DNA of 64,000 nt from the human T2T-CHM13v2.0 reference genome, Homo sapiens (GCF_009914755.1 NC_060939.1), one strand, 5' to 3'; positions 1 to 26,860 are shown, counted from the stretch's first letter. The notes: a model not told the origin generated them from the letters alone. Program-made: numbers and translations.

Positions 1-247
<247 letters not shown>

Positions 248-601
248 TCAACTGCTGTACATAAGATGACTACAGGACTTAAAGTTGCTTCCCAAAGGGA
301 AGAGTAGAGGGAAATCACTCAAATACAAAGAAAAGATTGTGGGGATAAGAAGGCTAGTTTCTCCTGCATTGGAGGGAGAGGAGAGAAGGGGAAAGTCCCT
401 GGAAACAACACAGCCAGGAAGAAAAATTTGAAGAATAAAAATGTCTAAGAGGAATTTTTTTTCAGTTATATTTTATGTGGCCTCTCACCTCTCTCCCCGA
501 CAAAATATTCAGTGGTCCTTATTGCACAGTCGTGTGAGTGGATTCTTGTGGGTAAACATAAGGCTGATTAGTATGGGAAAAATTTAAAAACTGGAGGATG
601 A

Positions 602-944
<343 letters not shown>

Positions 945-1967
945 CTACAATAAGGCCAGTGATAATAGGTACCATTTCTGAGTTTACTAAATGCCAGGTG
1001 CCAAGTTAAATTTCTTATGTTCCTCAAAATGAACCACAAAGTACTTATTATTACAGTATTTTTATAGAAGAGGAAACAGGTTTGGAAATCCTGTGTCTTG
1101 CCCTAGCTCACGTACGTACTACATAAAGGTTATCAGATTCTAACCCAGGATCTCCAAAACTGACACTAAAATGCACCTCCTCCTCTGTCACAGCACTGTT
1201 TTATTAGCTCTGTAGCTCTGTTCTTGTTCATCCTGTGAAGTATGAGACCGGCCCATGTTCTGTAGTCACCTGTATCTTCACTGCTCAGCACCAGGCCTGG
1301 TGTGGAACGGATGCTCGGCAGATAGCTGCTGAGTCAGTGAGGGAAGGCTGTGTCATGCGACAATGAGGTGGGAAGAGCAACTTATTAAGCTAATAAAATC
1401 CCCAGCTGCTGTTGGAAGTCCAGGTCAAGAGAAGAAACCCCATTGTACTCTTTGCTGACGGAGCTATAGCTGAAGCGCTGCACCACACTTTAAGGGTGGT
1501 ATGGAAAGCTAGTTTTCAGAAGGGGCTGACTTCCTCAGCTCGGGGTGGTAGGTAGTCATTGTAGAAATTTAAAAGAAAAGCCACAGTGTCACCAGGGAAA
1601 ACCCAATAACCAAGTGCCATGCGGTCTCACTGGTTGTGTTTGGGAAGTACTACCACTAATCAATGTATAAACCAAGTGCCAATTTGCAGGAAGAAATAAA
1701 ATTATCATGCAAACGATAATACAGTCAGCCTGCACAGAGCATTCTCTCCATTTAGATAGATCAGGAGGTTGCTGGTGACCCCTCCTTCCCCCGTTCCACC
1801 ATCACCCCCACCCCCACTCCAAGGAAATGACTTTTCAGCTGAAATCACAAGGCTAAGTATGCATTCTTTAGGTGAGAGAGTGAGAACAGGGAAGAGAGAA
1901 AAACTGGAAAATTTTTCATGAAGAAACAACTGTATATACAAAGTTTCTAAAGGGAAACATGGCATGA

Positions 1968-3540
<1,573 letters not shown>

Positions 3541-3782
3541 CCCAGATAATTTTTGTATTTTTAGTAGAGACAGGGTTTCACCATGTTGCCCAGGATGGTT
3601 TCAATCTCCTGACCTGTGATCCTCCTGCCTTGGCTTCCCAAAGTGCTGGAATTAATTGAATGATTTTTAAGCAGTATTGTGACATTAGATTTCCTTTTTA
3701 AGATTAATACGCTGGCTGTATCAAATGTACCAAATGGAGACAGGTGTAGATATGGATACATGAGTAAAAAGGCTGTGGCCTG

Positions 3783-4864
<1,082 letters not shown>

Positions 4865-5439
4865 TCAACAAGGGTGAAAGCAAAAGGACACTGAAGAGGC
4901 AGGCAGAGCTGCCTGAGGACTTACTGATGGAGGCGACCCCAGCACTGTGGAGGAAGAATGCTGTGGGTCAGGTGCCCCGGCGGAATTCCGGAGGCATCGA
5001 TTTCCTGTGTATTCATATCTACTCTGATGATTCTGCACCCTGGACAGAACCCTTTAAAAATAAAACACCCTTGTCCAGTTAGGTAAAGCTTTGATTCCCT
5101 TGAGGGAAAAGTCTTCCTCATTTGCTCCAAAATCCTTGACAGTTAACAACAATGTAGTATTCATACTCTGCATTTCCATCAAGGATTGTACTTTCAAAGC
5201 ACCAGCACTTGTACATGCCACACTAGGTGTGAAGTTCATTACGGTTCTGAGTCCCCAGAGAGCTCTGTGGACATTTCACCAATTTTGTTTAAGCCTCAGG
5301 AGCCATGTTACCAAGGCACAGATCAAGATCCTAAAAAAAGACTCAGTAACATAAGAGGTTTCAGAAATTGGGAAGAGGGAGTGTGGTTGACACTGTAGGG
5401 AAGCTTCTTGAGCAAGGGAAAGATGAAGTCAAGCTGTTC

Positions 5440-7120
<1,681 letters not shown>

Positions 7121-8030
7121 ATTGTGTCAAAATAATTATGTTGCAAGAGTTTATAATACTAAACTCTATATATACATTCTTCTGTTGCTCAAATAGCCTA
7201 GTCATCTACCTCCTACTTTAAAACAGTGTAAGGAATCATGGGTCATGGGTTTGGATCTCACATGAGCCGGTCAGGCTTAGCTTTTAAGGCAATAAATCAT
7301 AGTCCTAGGCTCAGTCAGCTGTCTTGAAAATGCTGCCTCTAGTCATAAGGCAGATGAATCTACAAAAACCCAAACTGTAGAAAAACGATTTGGCGTTGTC
7401 CTGTCCTGGTGATGGGATCCTAATAGCATCTTCAAGCAGAAATAACCACACAGAGCTCCCAATTATAAATAAAGGATTTGTTGTATTTCCATGTCTGTGG
7501 GATGTTACCAAGCAAGGTTTCCCTGTGAGCAACTTTGGACACTATGCAAAACGTGTCCAGATCCAAAATAGTGGCAAGCAGTTTAAGTTGGGGACAATAC
7601 AACTGGGAGGACACATGCAAAAGGGTGGAAGGTGAAAAAGAGGGAGTATGGGGATGGCCACCTGGCCACCAAAGGTCCTCACCATCAGTGGGGAAACCAG
7701 TTTCACCCAGTTGGCCTTCATGCAGAGTTTCAGCCTGTGAAAGGGATGGGGAAGGAAGCATAGGGTCTGAGTGGCCCCATGGGATCAGGAGGAAGTGGTG
7801 TAGGAGGAGGACGCCCAGTGACTGAGAGCCAGTGAGGACTGCTGGGAGGTCAGATGCCCCCAACTCTGTGACATTGGGCATGTTTCTTACTGGTTTTAAG
7901 CCTGTTTCTTCAACAGTAAAATACGGAAAATATCTACTTCAGAGGGACATCATGAAGATTAAAAATTATGTATCTAAAGTTCTTCACAGATGGACAACAA
8001 CCATTAAACAGCCATTACACTCTCCCATGC

Positions 8031-8778
<748 letters not shown>

Positions 8779-9740
8779 CATGCTATTACTGAGAACATGA
8801 TGTTCAGCCTCACTCCAGCCTCATTTGCTATGAAATGACATAATCAAAACCAATTAATGTTCATTCCCATTTGTTGTTGTAGTTTTTGTTGTTCTTGTTG
8901 TTGAGACAGAGTCTTACTCTATCGCCCAGGCTGGAGTGCAGTGGCACAATCTTGGTTCACTGCAATCTCTGTCTTCTGGGTTCAAGCAGTTCTCCTGCCT
9001 CAGCTTTCTGAGTAAATGGGATTACAGGTGCACACCACCACGCCCAGCTAATTTTTGTATTTTTAGTAGAGACGGGGTTTCACTATATTGGCCAGGCTTG
9101 TCTTGAACTCCAGACCTCAAGGGATCCACCTGCCTCAGCCTCCCAAAGTGCTGAGATTACAGGTGTGAGTCACCGTGCCTGGCCCCCATTTCTTTTTAAA
9201 CAAAAATATTATTGAACTCTTACCAAGTTCTGAACTGAGCTCTGAAATGAAATGGTAAACAAAAACAGCCATAGTTCCTGCCCGTACAGAACTTAGTATC
9301 TATTGGGGAAACAGATATATTGATTTAAAAATCACACAAATATAACCCTGTAATTGAGACAGTGACATTTTGTAAGACTATAATTGCAGAATTTAACCTA
9401 GTCAGGGAAGGCATCCAGAAGAAGTGAACTTTGAGCTGAACTCTGAAAGGCAAGTAAGCATTAACCAGATGCAGAGGCAGAAGGAACAGCACAGGCAAAC
9501 ATCTGTGGCAGAAGGTCCTGAAAACAGCCCAGCAAAGCTGCAGAAGAGACAGACTCCGGAGGAGGACACAACTGAAATGAAGTGGGACAATCACAGTAGA
9601 GAACAAACCACGTAGGGAGGGCCTGGTAGATTGTCAGCAAGGCTCTAATTTACAATGACAAAGTCCTTTTAAATGACAAGGCAAACAAAATAATGGTGCT
9701 TCAGGACTTTATTCATGGTATTAATAACTTTCCAGTTTAA

Positions 9741-10123
<383 letters not shown>

Positions 10124-10149
10124 TGAGCAACCGTGCCTGGCCAGAAACA

Positions 10150-11280
10150 CTTTTTTCTAAGTCAACTTCATTGAGATATTATTTATCTACAATAAAATGC
10201 ACCAGTTTTAAGTGTACATCTCTATGAGTTTTGACAAATTTATACACCCATGTAACTACTACCACAATCAAGATGAAGAATATTTCTATCACCCTAGGCA
10301 AAGTTCTTAGTCAATACTCACATCCCAGCCTCAGGCAACAACTGACCTGCTTTCTGACACTACGTATTGTCCTTTTTTGAGTTTCACATAAAGGAGTTAA
10401 TACACTATGTACTCTTGTGACTGGCTTTTTTCACTCGACATGTTTTAGAGATTTATCTATTCTGTTGCATGTACCAGTAGTTCATTCCTTTTTATTGCTG
10501 AGTGACATTCTGTCTCATGGATATTCCAAAGTGTGTTTATTCACTCCCCTGTTGATGAACATTTGGGTTCCAGTTTGGACTATTATGAATAAAGCTATGA
10601 ATAATATAGGCATATGTTTTATTTCTTTGGGGTAAATATCCAGGAGAGGAATTTCTGGGTCCTACAATAAGTGTATGTTTAACTTTATAAGAAATTTCCA
10701 AGCTGTTTTCCAAAGTAGTAGTACAATTTTATATTATCATCAGTAGTGTGTAAGACTTCCAGTTGCTCATTTTCCCAAAAGCTTGGCATTATCTATCTTT
10801 TTCATTTTAGCTGTTCTGGAGGATATGTAGTGGTCTCTTGCTGTGGTTTTAAATGCATTTCTCTGATGACTAATGGTGCTCAACATGTTCTCCAGAACAT
10901 CTTTTCCATGTCTACTGGCCATTTGTGTATCTGCTTTTGTGAAGTGTCTGTTCAAATCTTTTACCCATGCTTAGTATTAGGTTGATGATGATCTTGTTAT
11001 TGAATTATAAGAGTATCACCTATCACAAGTCCTTTATCAGATATTAGTGTGGTACAGATTGTCTCCCATTCTGTGGTTTGCCTTTTTGAGAGCTTTTTTA
11101 AATAGCTTTATTGAGGTATAATTCAAATACCTTCTGTTTGAGTTCTTAAAGTGTCTTTTTAACAGTAAAAATTAAAAAAAATTAATTTTCTTCTAGACGT
11201 TGTATAATTTTCACATAAATTTAGGCCTGTGATCTCTTTCCATTTAATTTTTCTGTGCCACATGAAGTAAGAGTTGAGGT
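10150..11280 (-). mobile_element. Old L1M 3' fragment
   Basis: GTAGTTCATTCCTTTTTATTGCTG and GTTTTAAATGCATTTCTCTGATGACTAAT motifs. Confidence 0.75.
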
Positions 11281-11292
11281 TTATAAAAACCT

Positions 11293-13259
<1,967 letters not shown>

Positions 13260-13821
13260 TCAGATTTGCTGACCTAAAAATTAGAACACAAGATCTAACA
13301 AACCACGTAATTCCTAATCTGTTCATTTTTACAAAACAAAAACAAAAACAAACCCATTTTTTTAAACACTAGCTCCACATTAAATTATTTACCTAATTTT
13401 CTTTGTTCAGAATATCCCCGAGTATCCTGCATGTCGGGTTGCCATATCCATCAACCCCAAATGTCAAGCCAGAGAGAGAAGGCTGCGGAGGAGGCGTCAG
13501 TGGAAACTCTAAGCAGCCAGGGGCACTGGAAACTGCAGAAAGCATAGGAAAGAAGGAAGGAAGGAGGGAAGAGGGAAGCCGACCTGAGTCTGCTTCTAGC
13601 CTGAGTCTGCTTCTCAGTCTAGCCTAGTGACACAGAGAAGGACTTTTGCGCAATGGGCACACCTGAAAGGGTCTACCGTGGGGCAGAAAAGACACCGCCT
13701 TCCTGGTCATCATCCCATAATTAATTGCCTGGCTCCTGTGTTGAGCTTTACCCTTTGGCTGAATTTCCAGCCAGACCCAAGAAATTAAGACAAAATGGCA
13801 TATAGAGAAAAATACATACAA

Positions 13822-13827
13822 TTTATT
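13822..13827 (-). terminator. BCL2A1: BCL2A1 polyadenylation signal (distal); a second AATAAA lies at 13887-13892
   Basis: AATAAA on the minus strand about 150 nt after the stop codon. Confidence 0.85.
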
Positions 13828-13977
13828 CATTACATGGGGACAAAATTTCCATAACTCTGGAAGGTCAAGTTACATCATCAAAGTTGTTTATTTAAAAGTA
13901 GAAGTATGTGTTGGCAATCGTTTCCATATCAGTCAGAAAAATTAGGCCGGTTTCACAATATGGAGTGTCCTTTCTGG

Positions 13978-14085
13978 TCAACAGTATTGCTTCAGGAGAG
14001 ATAGCATTTCACAGATCTTTCCTGTAACTTCTAGAAAAGTCATCCAGCCAGATTTAGGTTCAAACTTCTTTACAAAGCCATTTTC
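13978..14085 (-). CDS. BCL2A1: BCL2A1 terminal coding exon, aa 141-175
   Basis: Acceptor TTTATTCTTTTATAG|GAA. Reads ENGFVKKFEPKSGWMTFLEVTGKICEMLSLLKQYC, with TGA at 13980-13978. Confidence 0.99.
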   Translation of the reverse strand, partial: ENGFVKKFEPKSGWMTFLEVTGKICEMLSLLKQYC

Positions 14086-14214
14086 CTATAAAAGAATAAA
14101 TTTAACACTTTAAACATCATTGGAGATTAAGTATGCTGGAATAAAAAGCAAAAATATTTTCATTTAAATAGTGCAAATAGTTAATCTTCTACCCCTTCTA
14201 CCCCTGTTAAGCAG

Positions 14215-14475
14215 CAGCATCTAACAGAAATACAGTGTGACCTACGTCTGTAATTTAAATTTTTTTGTAGCCATATTTTACAAAGTAAAAAAATAGATAA
14301 AACTAACTTTTAGGATAGTTTTAGAGTTATTTTTATTTTAATATGTAATCAGTATAAAATCATTAATGAGATATTCTTTTTTCATAACAAACCTTCGAAA
14401 TCCAATGAGTATTTAGTACTTAACAGTACATCTTAATTCAGACTAGCCACATTTCACTTCCATAGTGGACAGCAA
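14215..14475. mobile_element. MER33/MER3-like hAT DNA transposon fragment
   Basis: GTAATTTAAATTTT...TAGCCATATT and ACATCTTAATTCAGACTAGCCACATTTCA motifs. Confidence 0.6.
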
Positions 14476-15446
14476 GCACAGCTCTAGAGGATAGAAAGCC
14501 TTTTTTTTTCTCGTTCTTGTTCAATTGTCCAACATTGATTTCAATGCACTTATATATGTAATATGAATTATATTATACTGTAAACTGCATTGTATTGAAA
14601 ATCATGAGAACTCACAGTAAATCCAAATTAAACTAATACCTTTGAAGCTATGAAAAGGTTGATAGTTTATTTTATAATCTACTCTCTTTGTGATCAGACA
14701 TAGTTTTAAAAATATAGGATAACCCAATTAACTGGACATTTTATTTAGTTAATTTACAATCTGTAGTCAAATAATCCTCACCAAAAACTATCTCTGAGAT
14801 CATCTAGCCTGAAGCCCTCCATTATTTTAACAAATGAGGAAATCGAGGCCCAGAAAAATAAGTTATCTAAGATTAGCCAACCCGTTGGTGCCTGGACTTG
14901 GATGAGAATGTGAACACCCTACTTCTTTCCACTCCATACATTTCCAAACAAGTGCCAAAAGAATTAGAAAATTGTTAAAATAATTTTTTCAAATGGTCAT
15001 CTGGCAAACATTTACGTCTTCACCTTACAGGTTTCAGAACCTTGGGGTTACAAATGCCTGCAAGTAGCTCAGAGCCCAGTGTAACTAATATTGAAATGTA
15101 AACCGAGCATAACTCTTTGATAGTTGGGAGTGACTCGAGAGCTCTGCGGTGCCTTGGAATCATTTTATGAGCATCACTGGCAAAGCAGATGAATACCACC
15201 AGCCAGGGGGATTTCATTTGAAAGACTGCCTAAGAAAGCCATTTTCTGCCTACGTGTTAAGTGTACATCGTGCTCTGAGACATGCTGTCATGCCTTGACA
15301 GAGGAAGGAAACTGGCCCTCTCTCTTCTTCCTCTTTCCCTCCTGCCAGTACATACTCATAGTTTCCTATACACTCTCAAGAGGTATCCACTTCATTACTC
15401 CCCTTCCTAGAATTTTCATAAACCCCATGTTTCGCAAGTATAATGA

Positions 15447-16198
<752 letters not shown>

Positions 16199-17444
16199 TA
16201 AAATTTTTTTAAACTATGAAAAATTAAAATTAAAAGAACAATAGACTAGGAAAATATTTACATATAGCATGAAAGAGTTCATTCAAATGTAACAGAAAAT
16301 CCTCAGGCCCTTAATAGTTTAAAAGGGAAAGACCATTAAAGAGAGAAATATAAATTATTAACAAGTATATGGGAAAAACACTAATAGCAGTTAAAAATGT
16401 ACTTTTAACACAGTCTTATTGTTTTTTAGACCTATTAAATTGGCTTTGTTATTTTATGCCTAGCAAACCTCAAAATTATTAATAGTACCACCCACATCAT
16501 TAAGTTTGTTGTGACATTGTTCCATTGATATAATACTTTTGGAAAGAAAATATGTTTTCCAATATGCTAGAGTATTGTAATTATACACACATCTTATGAA
16601 CCAGTCATTCCAGTGTTAGAAATTTATCATGAGGCAGTCTTCTAAAATATTGGAGGGTAGGGGGCACCAGAAAAGCATACCCATGCTTCAGTATTGAAGC
16701 ATTATATCTAAAAGGGGAAAACTCGAAAAAACCAAATTGTCTAACAATTGGGAATTGGTTAAGTAAATTATGATATAACAAATTAATGAAATATTCTGTA
16801 GACATTAGAAATTAATGCCTAATGTTAACATGAAATATGTGAGACAGTGTTGAAAATATCTACAATATGTCACAGGAAAAAACTCTTGTGCACCCTAATT
16901 ATAATTGCATACAATGTCTGCATGTGGATATGTTAGGGTGATGGGAGTGACTTTTCTTCCTTTCAAAAATGTTATTTTCAAATATATTTTCTTTAATGAT
17001 GCTATTTGTATCTTAAAACCATTATATAAAAATAAATATACAAACAAGGATTCAATATCCTATCAGTAATGTAGTAGTAAATAAGAATAGTTCAGGCCTT
17101 ATTATTTCTGGGAATGGTGATAGTTTGTTAAATTCAGCTACCTTGGTTACAAGAAAACCTAAAGCATAAAATAATATACAGTATCAATAGTCCAAAGAAA
17201 ATCAAAATCTCAGAATTTTTAAAGATACAGGCAGCCGGGCGCAGTGACTCAAGCCTGTAATCCTAGCACTTTGGGAGGCTGAGATGGGAGGATTGCTTGA
17301 GCCCTGGAGGTCGAGGCTGCAGTTAGCCAAGATTGCGCCACTGCACTCCAGCCTGGGTGACAGCAAGACCCTGTTTCAAAAAAACAAACAAACAAACAAA
17401 ATACACGCAAACACCATTATGTTACTCCCACTTCTCTAAACATT

Positions 17445-18560
<1,116 letters not shown>

Positions 18561-19003
18561 AGGTTAGAGAACTAGCACTTAAGTGTCATACATTTCTGCC
18601 TGACTTGAGGGTCTTTTATTTTTCACTAAATGATTTTAGAGTCTCAAGTAAAAATTCAAAAGACATAGAAAATTTTGCCCCAAAACTTATTTAATCAAAG
18701 GATATATATGAACACTTGAGATAGTATCACCTTGCTGCTAGATCTTTATACCTTTTGGAAATGCCTTTGCCAAAGTGAACACTTAGTTAATCATCTATAC
18801 ATGTCTCTGTGTGCCCATTTATTTGGCCTCAAATTGACCGGACTATTATTTAGAGTAAGAGGATGACAAAGAAAAAAAAAAAAAAGAAAAAAAACCTCTT
18901 GACCTAACTGTATGACCCAACCTTTAAAATGGTGGTTACTGGGAAAGCACCAACTCTGACTGTACATCCTACTTCAGAAGGGCAAAGAATTACCTATCTA
19001 AAC

Positions 19004-19018
19004 TTCCTGGAATTTCCC
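19004..19018. promoter_or_regulatory. Overlapping STAT (GAS) and NF-kB motifs in the BCL2A1 intron
   Basis: TTCCTGGAA 19004-19012 overlaps GGAATTTCCC 19009-19018 (reverse complement GGGAAATTCC). Confidence 0.5.
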
Positions 19019-20124
19019 ACGACTCTCGTAGTTGCACAGTATTTGACAGCTTGGAAAGCACTGTTTTACAAAAAGTGTTTTATAATCCTTTAGCTTTCCT
19101 TTAAAGGTAGGTAAGATTGTTTTCATTAAATATTACATATATAATAAATTATCATATGTCATGTCATATTATTATATACATTATATAAGGAATCTGAGTC
19201 TCAGAGTACCTCAGTAATTTACCCAAGGTTATACCTCTAGTGAGTGAGAAAACCAGAGTTCAAATATTCAGTTTCAGTGTTGGTTCGTTGAATCATCCCA
19301 TCAGCAAATATTGTTACCTTCTATGCTAGGCATGAGGTACACAGTGATGCATTAAGTAGACACAATTTCTCCCATGTGGAGCTGAGTGCCAAGCATTCTT
19401 TCTACTCCCCCAGCATATGCAGAGGAGAATGCTTCATTGAAGGGGGAGGAAGTAAGAAGACCCATCTGGTTCAAAAGGAAGGGTGATCCCAAGAGAAGAG
19501 ACATGAGTTTCATCTCATGAACATTCTAATGGTTTTTAAGAACCATCCTTTCCTTATGAATGCTGGAGGCAGCCAAATGGCACTAGCTCTCCTGTCAGAT
19601 CTTGTGAGAGCACATCCTCTCAGCACTTCCAATTAGGAGAGCAGACAGGAGGAAACCATGGTAAATATGGAAGAGGACAAAAAGAGAGATGAGAAGCCAC
19701 AAACAAAAGAAGGCAGGAAGGCAGGAAAGCAGGAAGGCAGGAAGGAAGGAAAGACAACTGACAAAAAGGAGAAAGAGAATAACGAAAGAGATTATGAGTC
19801 CTATTACTGATAGACCAGTCTCGTTTCTTCCCATTAGGGGATCTGTTTTACATGGTAAACAAAAATCCTAAACTTGTATTGAGTACTCATTTTCAGGAAT
19901 TGTTTCAAGTGCTTTGCATATATTAACTAATTTGATCCTTATACCAGTCCCAGGACATAGGTTGCAATATTTTCCTGTTTTTACAGATGAGGAAACAAGA
20001 CGTAGGGAAGTTAAGCAACTTGTACAATTCACACAGGTAGTAAGCACTCGAGCCCAGAAATGAAGCCAGGTCTGTCTGATTCTGAGTTGGTGCTCTGAAC
20101 ATCTATGCTGTGCTCACATACCGC

Positions 20125-20419
20125 TTTTTTTTTTTTTTTTTTTTTTGAGATGGAGTCACTCTGTTGCCCAGGCTGGAGTGGCACAATCCCGGCTCACTGC
20201 AACCTCCGCCTCCCAGGTTCAAGTGATTCTCCTGCCTTAGCCTCCTAAGTAGCTGGGATTATAGGCATCCGCCACCAGGCCCTGCTAATTTTGTATTTTC
20301 AGTAGAGACAGGGCTTTACCATCTTAGCTAGGCTGCTCTTGAACTCCTGACCTCAGGTAATCCACCCACCTCAGCCTCCCAAAGCGCTGGGATTACAGGC
20401 ATGAGCCACTGCACCCGGC
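20125..20419 (-). mobile_element. Intronic Alu
   Basis: Poly(T) plus Alu reverse complement. TSD ACATACCGC. Confidence 0.92.
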
Positions 20420-20537
20420 ACATACCGCATTGTTGATTCAAAGTTTTCATAAAGTCTCTGGGCAATTTTAACATTTAATTAAATTATAGATTGTATGTGC
20501 TCACATCTTGATAAAGCTGTGCTTTCTCTACTCTTAC

Positions 20538-20593
20538 CTCTTCTTGTGGGCCACTGACTCTACCAGCATAGGCGTGTGATTGTGCCATTTCCC
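20538..20593 (-). CDS. BCL2A1: Alternative 56-nt cassette exon of the Bfl-1S isoform
   Basis: Acceptor TTTCAG|GGG and donor GAG|GTAAGA. Encodes GKWHNHTPMLVESVAHKK and frameshifts the last exon to RKMAL* (TAA at 14072-14070), giving 163 aa with a KKRK basic motif, as recalled for Bfl-1S. Confidence 0.93.
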
Positions 20594-21399
20594 CTGAAAT
20601 GAATCATTCAAGAGTAAATTCATTCATTTAAGCAGATTTGTCAACATCACTATGAAAAGATGATAACAGTTTTCCATGCCAGTTTGCACTGACTCAAAAA
20701 AGCACTGCCTATCGTTGACAGAATCAATGTCTCATCTGAGCTGGGAAAGCGGCATGGAGATTGCTTTGAAATGACATTTCCAAGAGTATTTATTTCATGT
20801 CTACAACTTGAACTATTCAGGTGTTTTTTTTTTTAAAAAAAAAGAGCTTGGAAACTTTAGAAAGGCTGAGTGTGTGCACGTGCAGGCAATGTGTGTATTT
20901 GTATCTACACTCGGGAGAGGTTCATCCGGCCACACTCATGTTTACATCTGTACCACCCTTGAAAGATGAGGGTACTACTAGAAATTCTCAGAGACAATTC
21001 CACACCTCTTGCTAACAGTGAGTTCCAGGAGCTCACAAAATTTATTGTGGAGAAGTTAAATTTTTAACTAACATTTATTCACTGTCTGTGTGCTCCAAGT
21101 ATTATGCTAAGCATTGGAAATACAATCCAAACCCAAATAGAGCCTGCAAACTAGTAGAGTATTTCTCTGCAGGCTCATCTGTGGTCCTCTGTGCCAGAGA
21201 ACATTTGCCTTCACCTGAAATCTACACAGTGCAGCTGAATTTCCACCAGTCCTCAAGTATAGCCTCCCACAGCCAACCGGAAGAAAACATGACAAAACAT
21301 TTCACATGATTCGCCCAGCCTCAGTCAGGCTCAGTTAGAAAGAACTAAGTTCCAGGAAGAAGGTGATTGAGAAAGGGGAGTAGCTGCAGTAAGCTCTAT

Positions 21400-22800
<1,401 letters not shown>

Positions 22801-23531
22801 CTTTAAAAAAATAATTATTAAGTATATTGGAATATAAAGGAAACCATATACATCCAGCTGTGTCAGGCTTTTTACCAACATGAGTTTCAACACAGGCCTC
22901 TACATAGTCTTGGCTTTTTTAGGCACTGATAATAAAGTAAATTTTTATTTGAAAATTCTTGAATAAAGGTTCTTGCTGGTCATACAGTATATTATGTTTT
23001 AATCAACAAACTTTAACAGCCCGGAATTTATTATTAGTAATAATGTGTTATATATTATATGTAATGTAATTTGCTATATATTAATATATGTTACTATTTA
23101 TTATGTATTAGTAAACTGAAAAACACCAATTTGTAAGCGATGAACTTACAAAAATTTACACCTGTCTTTTGCAACCCATAAATACCTAAAAATAACAGCA
23201 TCTGATAGCAACTTTCTGTGCTGATTGTAGAAATTTCTGTACTGTCTGTACTGTCATGACAACCCTAGCAAAAGCTAAGTACTAGATTAGAGTGTGTGCA
23301 CAGCTGATTGTGAAGCTGCATGAGAGAGGTGCTTTATTAATCCCCAAAGCTCACTACTGTAATTTATACTGTTAAGAATAAAAACTGAAAACATAAGTGC
23401 TTTCCAACTATAAAGTTCAAGTTCAAGGATTCATTGGAAATAAGCCAGAAAGTATATTTTTATTTTAAAAATTAAAACAAACCACCCAAGGAAAATAGTA
23501 TTCTTAGGTAAAGTGTTTTGTTGTTGTTTTA

Positions 23532-24092
<561 letters not shown>

Positions 24093-24099
24093 TCACTGA

Positions 24100-24300
24100 G
24101 CTTGACTGAGTTATGACACATGATGATACATGGAGGCTGGTGGAATTTCTGTTTGCATCACTTTATAATATCCTTCCTCCTAGTCACTTTCGTGCGTAGG
24201 CTGTGTTTCATGTCATGTATGAAAGAGAAAGTTTAAAATGTGAAAGAGGAAAATGTTTCAGAGAAGCCACTTCCTCATCCTGTGATTAATTCAGCTTTGC
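24100..24300 (-). promoter_or_regulatory. BCL2A1: BCL2A1 core/proximal promoter
   Basis: Minus-strand motifs: TATAAA 24162-24167, octamer-like ATGCAAAC 24151-24158, kB-like AGAAATTCCA 24141-24150, M-box TCATGTG 24117-24123, PU.1/Spi-B GAGGAAGTG 24268-24276. Confidence 0.75.
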
Positions 24301-24309
24301 AAGTCTTAA

Positions 24310-25230
<921 letters not shown>

Positions 25231-25507
25231 AAGAAAAGTCTTAAACGCCATCCACGGGGTAAACCGGAGTAACGACAATTTGGAATGCAGACTACAAAAC
25301 AGCCTGGGTGGCAGAGAACAGGGCCTCTCGAGGTGACTCTGGCAGTACCGCCCTTGATCATTTGTAATTGAGTAAGGATGATACCGAGAGGGAAGAAAAA
25401 AATACCCTCTTTGGGCCAGGCACGGTGGCTCACCCCTGTAATCCCAGCACTTTGGGAGGCTGAGGCGAGCGGATCACGAGATCAGAAGATCGAGACCATC
25501 CTGGCTA

Positions 25508-25750
<243 letters not shown>

Positions 25751-26425
25751 CTACTCTAGAATTTCTGATAGAAAACAAAATTCTGCTTTAAGCCTGACTT
25801 AATTCACATTTTTAACTCAGGTAAACTATCCGATGTGTGGATTAGAAATTGCAGGACCAGAAAGAGCACTGGACTTACAGTCAGAGGGCCTGGACTCAGT
25901 CCCAGCCAAATCTCTCTTTCTTTACTCAGTATGTACCTTGGGTCTGTGCTTAATTTGTAAAATGAGGCAATACATGTTGACCTCAGAGGGTTGAGGTGAA
26001 GTTCAAAGAGATGACCTATGTAAAGCCTCTATCACCATGCCTGGTAAAACGTACGTGCCTAATCAAAGCTAGTTCCTCATTGTTCTTTTGTGGACTAATG
26101 AGGAATTTGGCCTCCCAATCATCTCTTTACCTATCAAGGATATAACTTCATAGGTGAAATGCAAATCTCATTTGATTTAGCTATGGCAGCAATCCTGAGA
26201 AAAGGTTTGCAGTGGATGGAAGAAAAAGGAGATAACTCATGGTCGCTGGAGAAATTGAATTCACTTTTTTTTTCCATCCACATATGGAGTGACTTTGAGT
26301 CTTTTATCCTGTCTATGACCAGCTGCAAATAGGAAAAATGATTCATATATAACCTGCATTTCTGAACTATCACCATAGGGTTAAGGAGGAAAGGAGAGGT
26401 GCTGCTTAGAATGCTCGTTAATAGC

Positions 26426-26860
26426 GTGGCAGCCATGAAAATGCACCTTTCAGACCTACTGTGGTGGTTTAATTGACTAAGGGCCCCAGCCGCAGTGCTT
26501 TGAATCTACCACAGCTTTGCACTGAGGCCACACATCCTACAGGCTGTTCCCAGCCAATGACTGAGCAAAGCAGGAACCTTAAGATCGGTTCCTGCAAGTC
26601 AACTTCCTTTGATAGGTAACTTTGCTTCAATGACTCCCCATGGGCTTTGCTGAAACTTCCTTCGACTGCACAGTCATGGAAGACTTCCTACCCCATCTTC
26701 CTCCTTCTGTCCTTTGCAGAGGTCAGTCCTGCATTGTAGTCTGACAGCTCTGTAGTCTCTTCTGCCTCCCTCCCTCTTTTCCCTCACAGGCATTTACCCC
26801 AGTAAATCTGTTAGACGTCTAATCCCCTCATGACATTTTCTTGGAGTATCCAGACTGATA
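26426..26860 (+). mobile_element. ERVL LTR (LTR16-like)
   Basis: Starts GTGGCAGCCATG, contains CCAGCCAATGACTGAGC and an AGTAAA signal near the end, resembling LTR16. Confidence 0.6.

Noticed and set aside
7432-7881. 149-aa minus-strand ORF
   Set aside because: No recognisable homology or splice structure, and it begins in MIR-like sequence.
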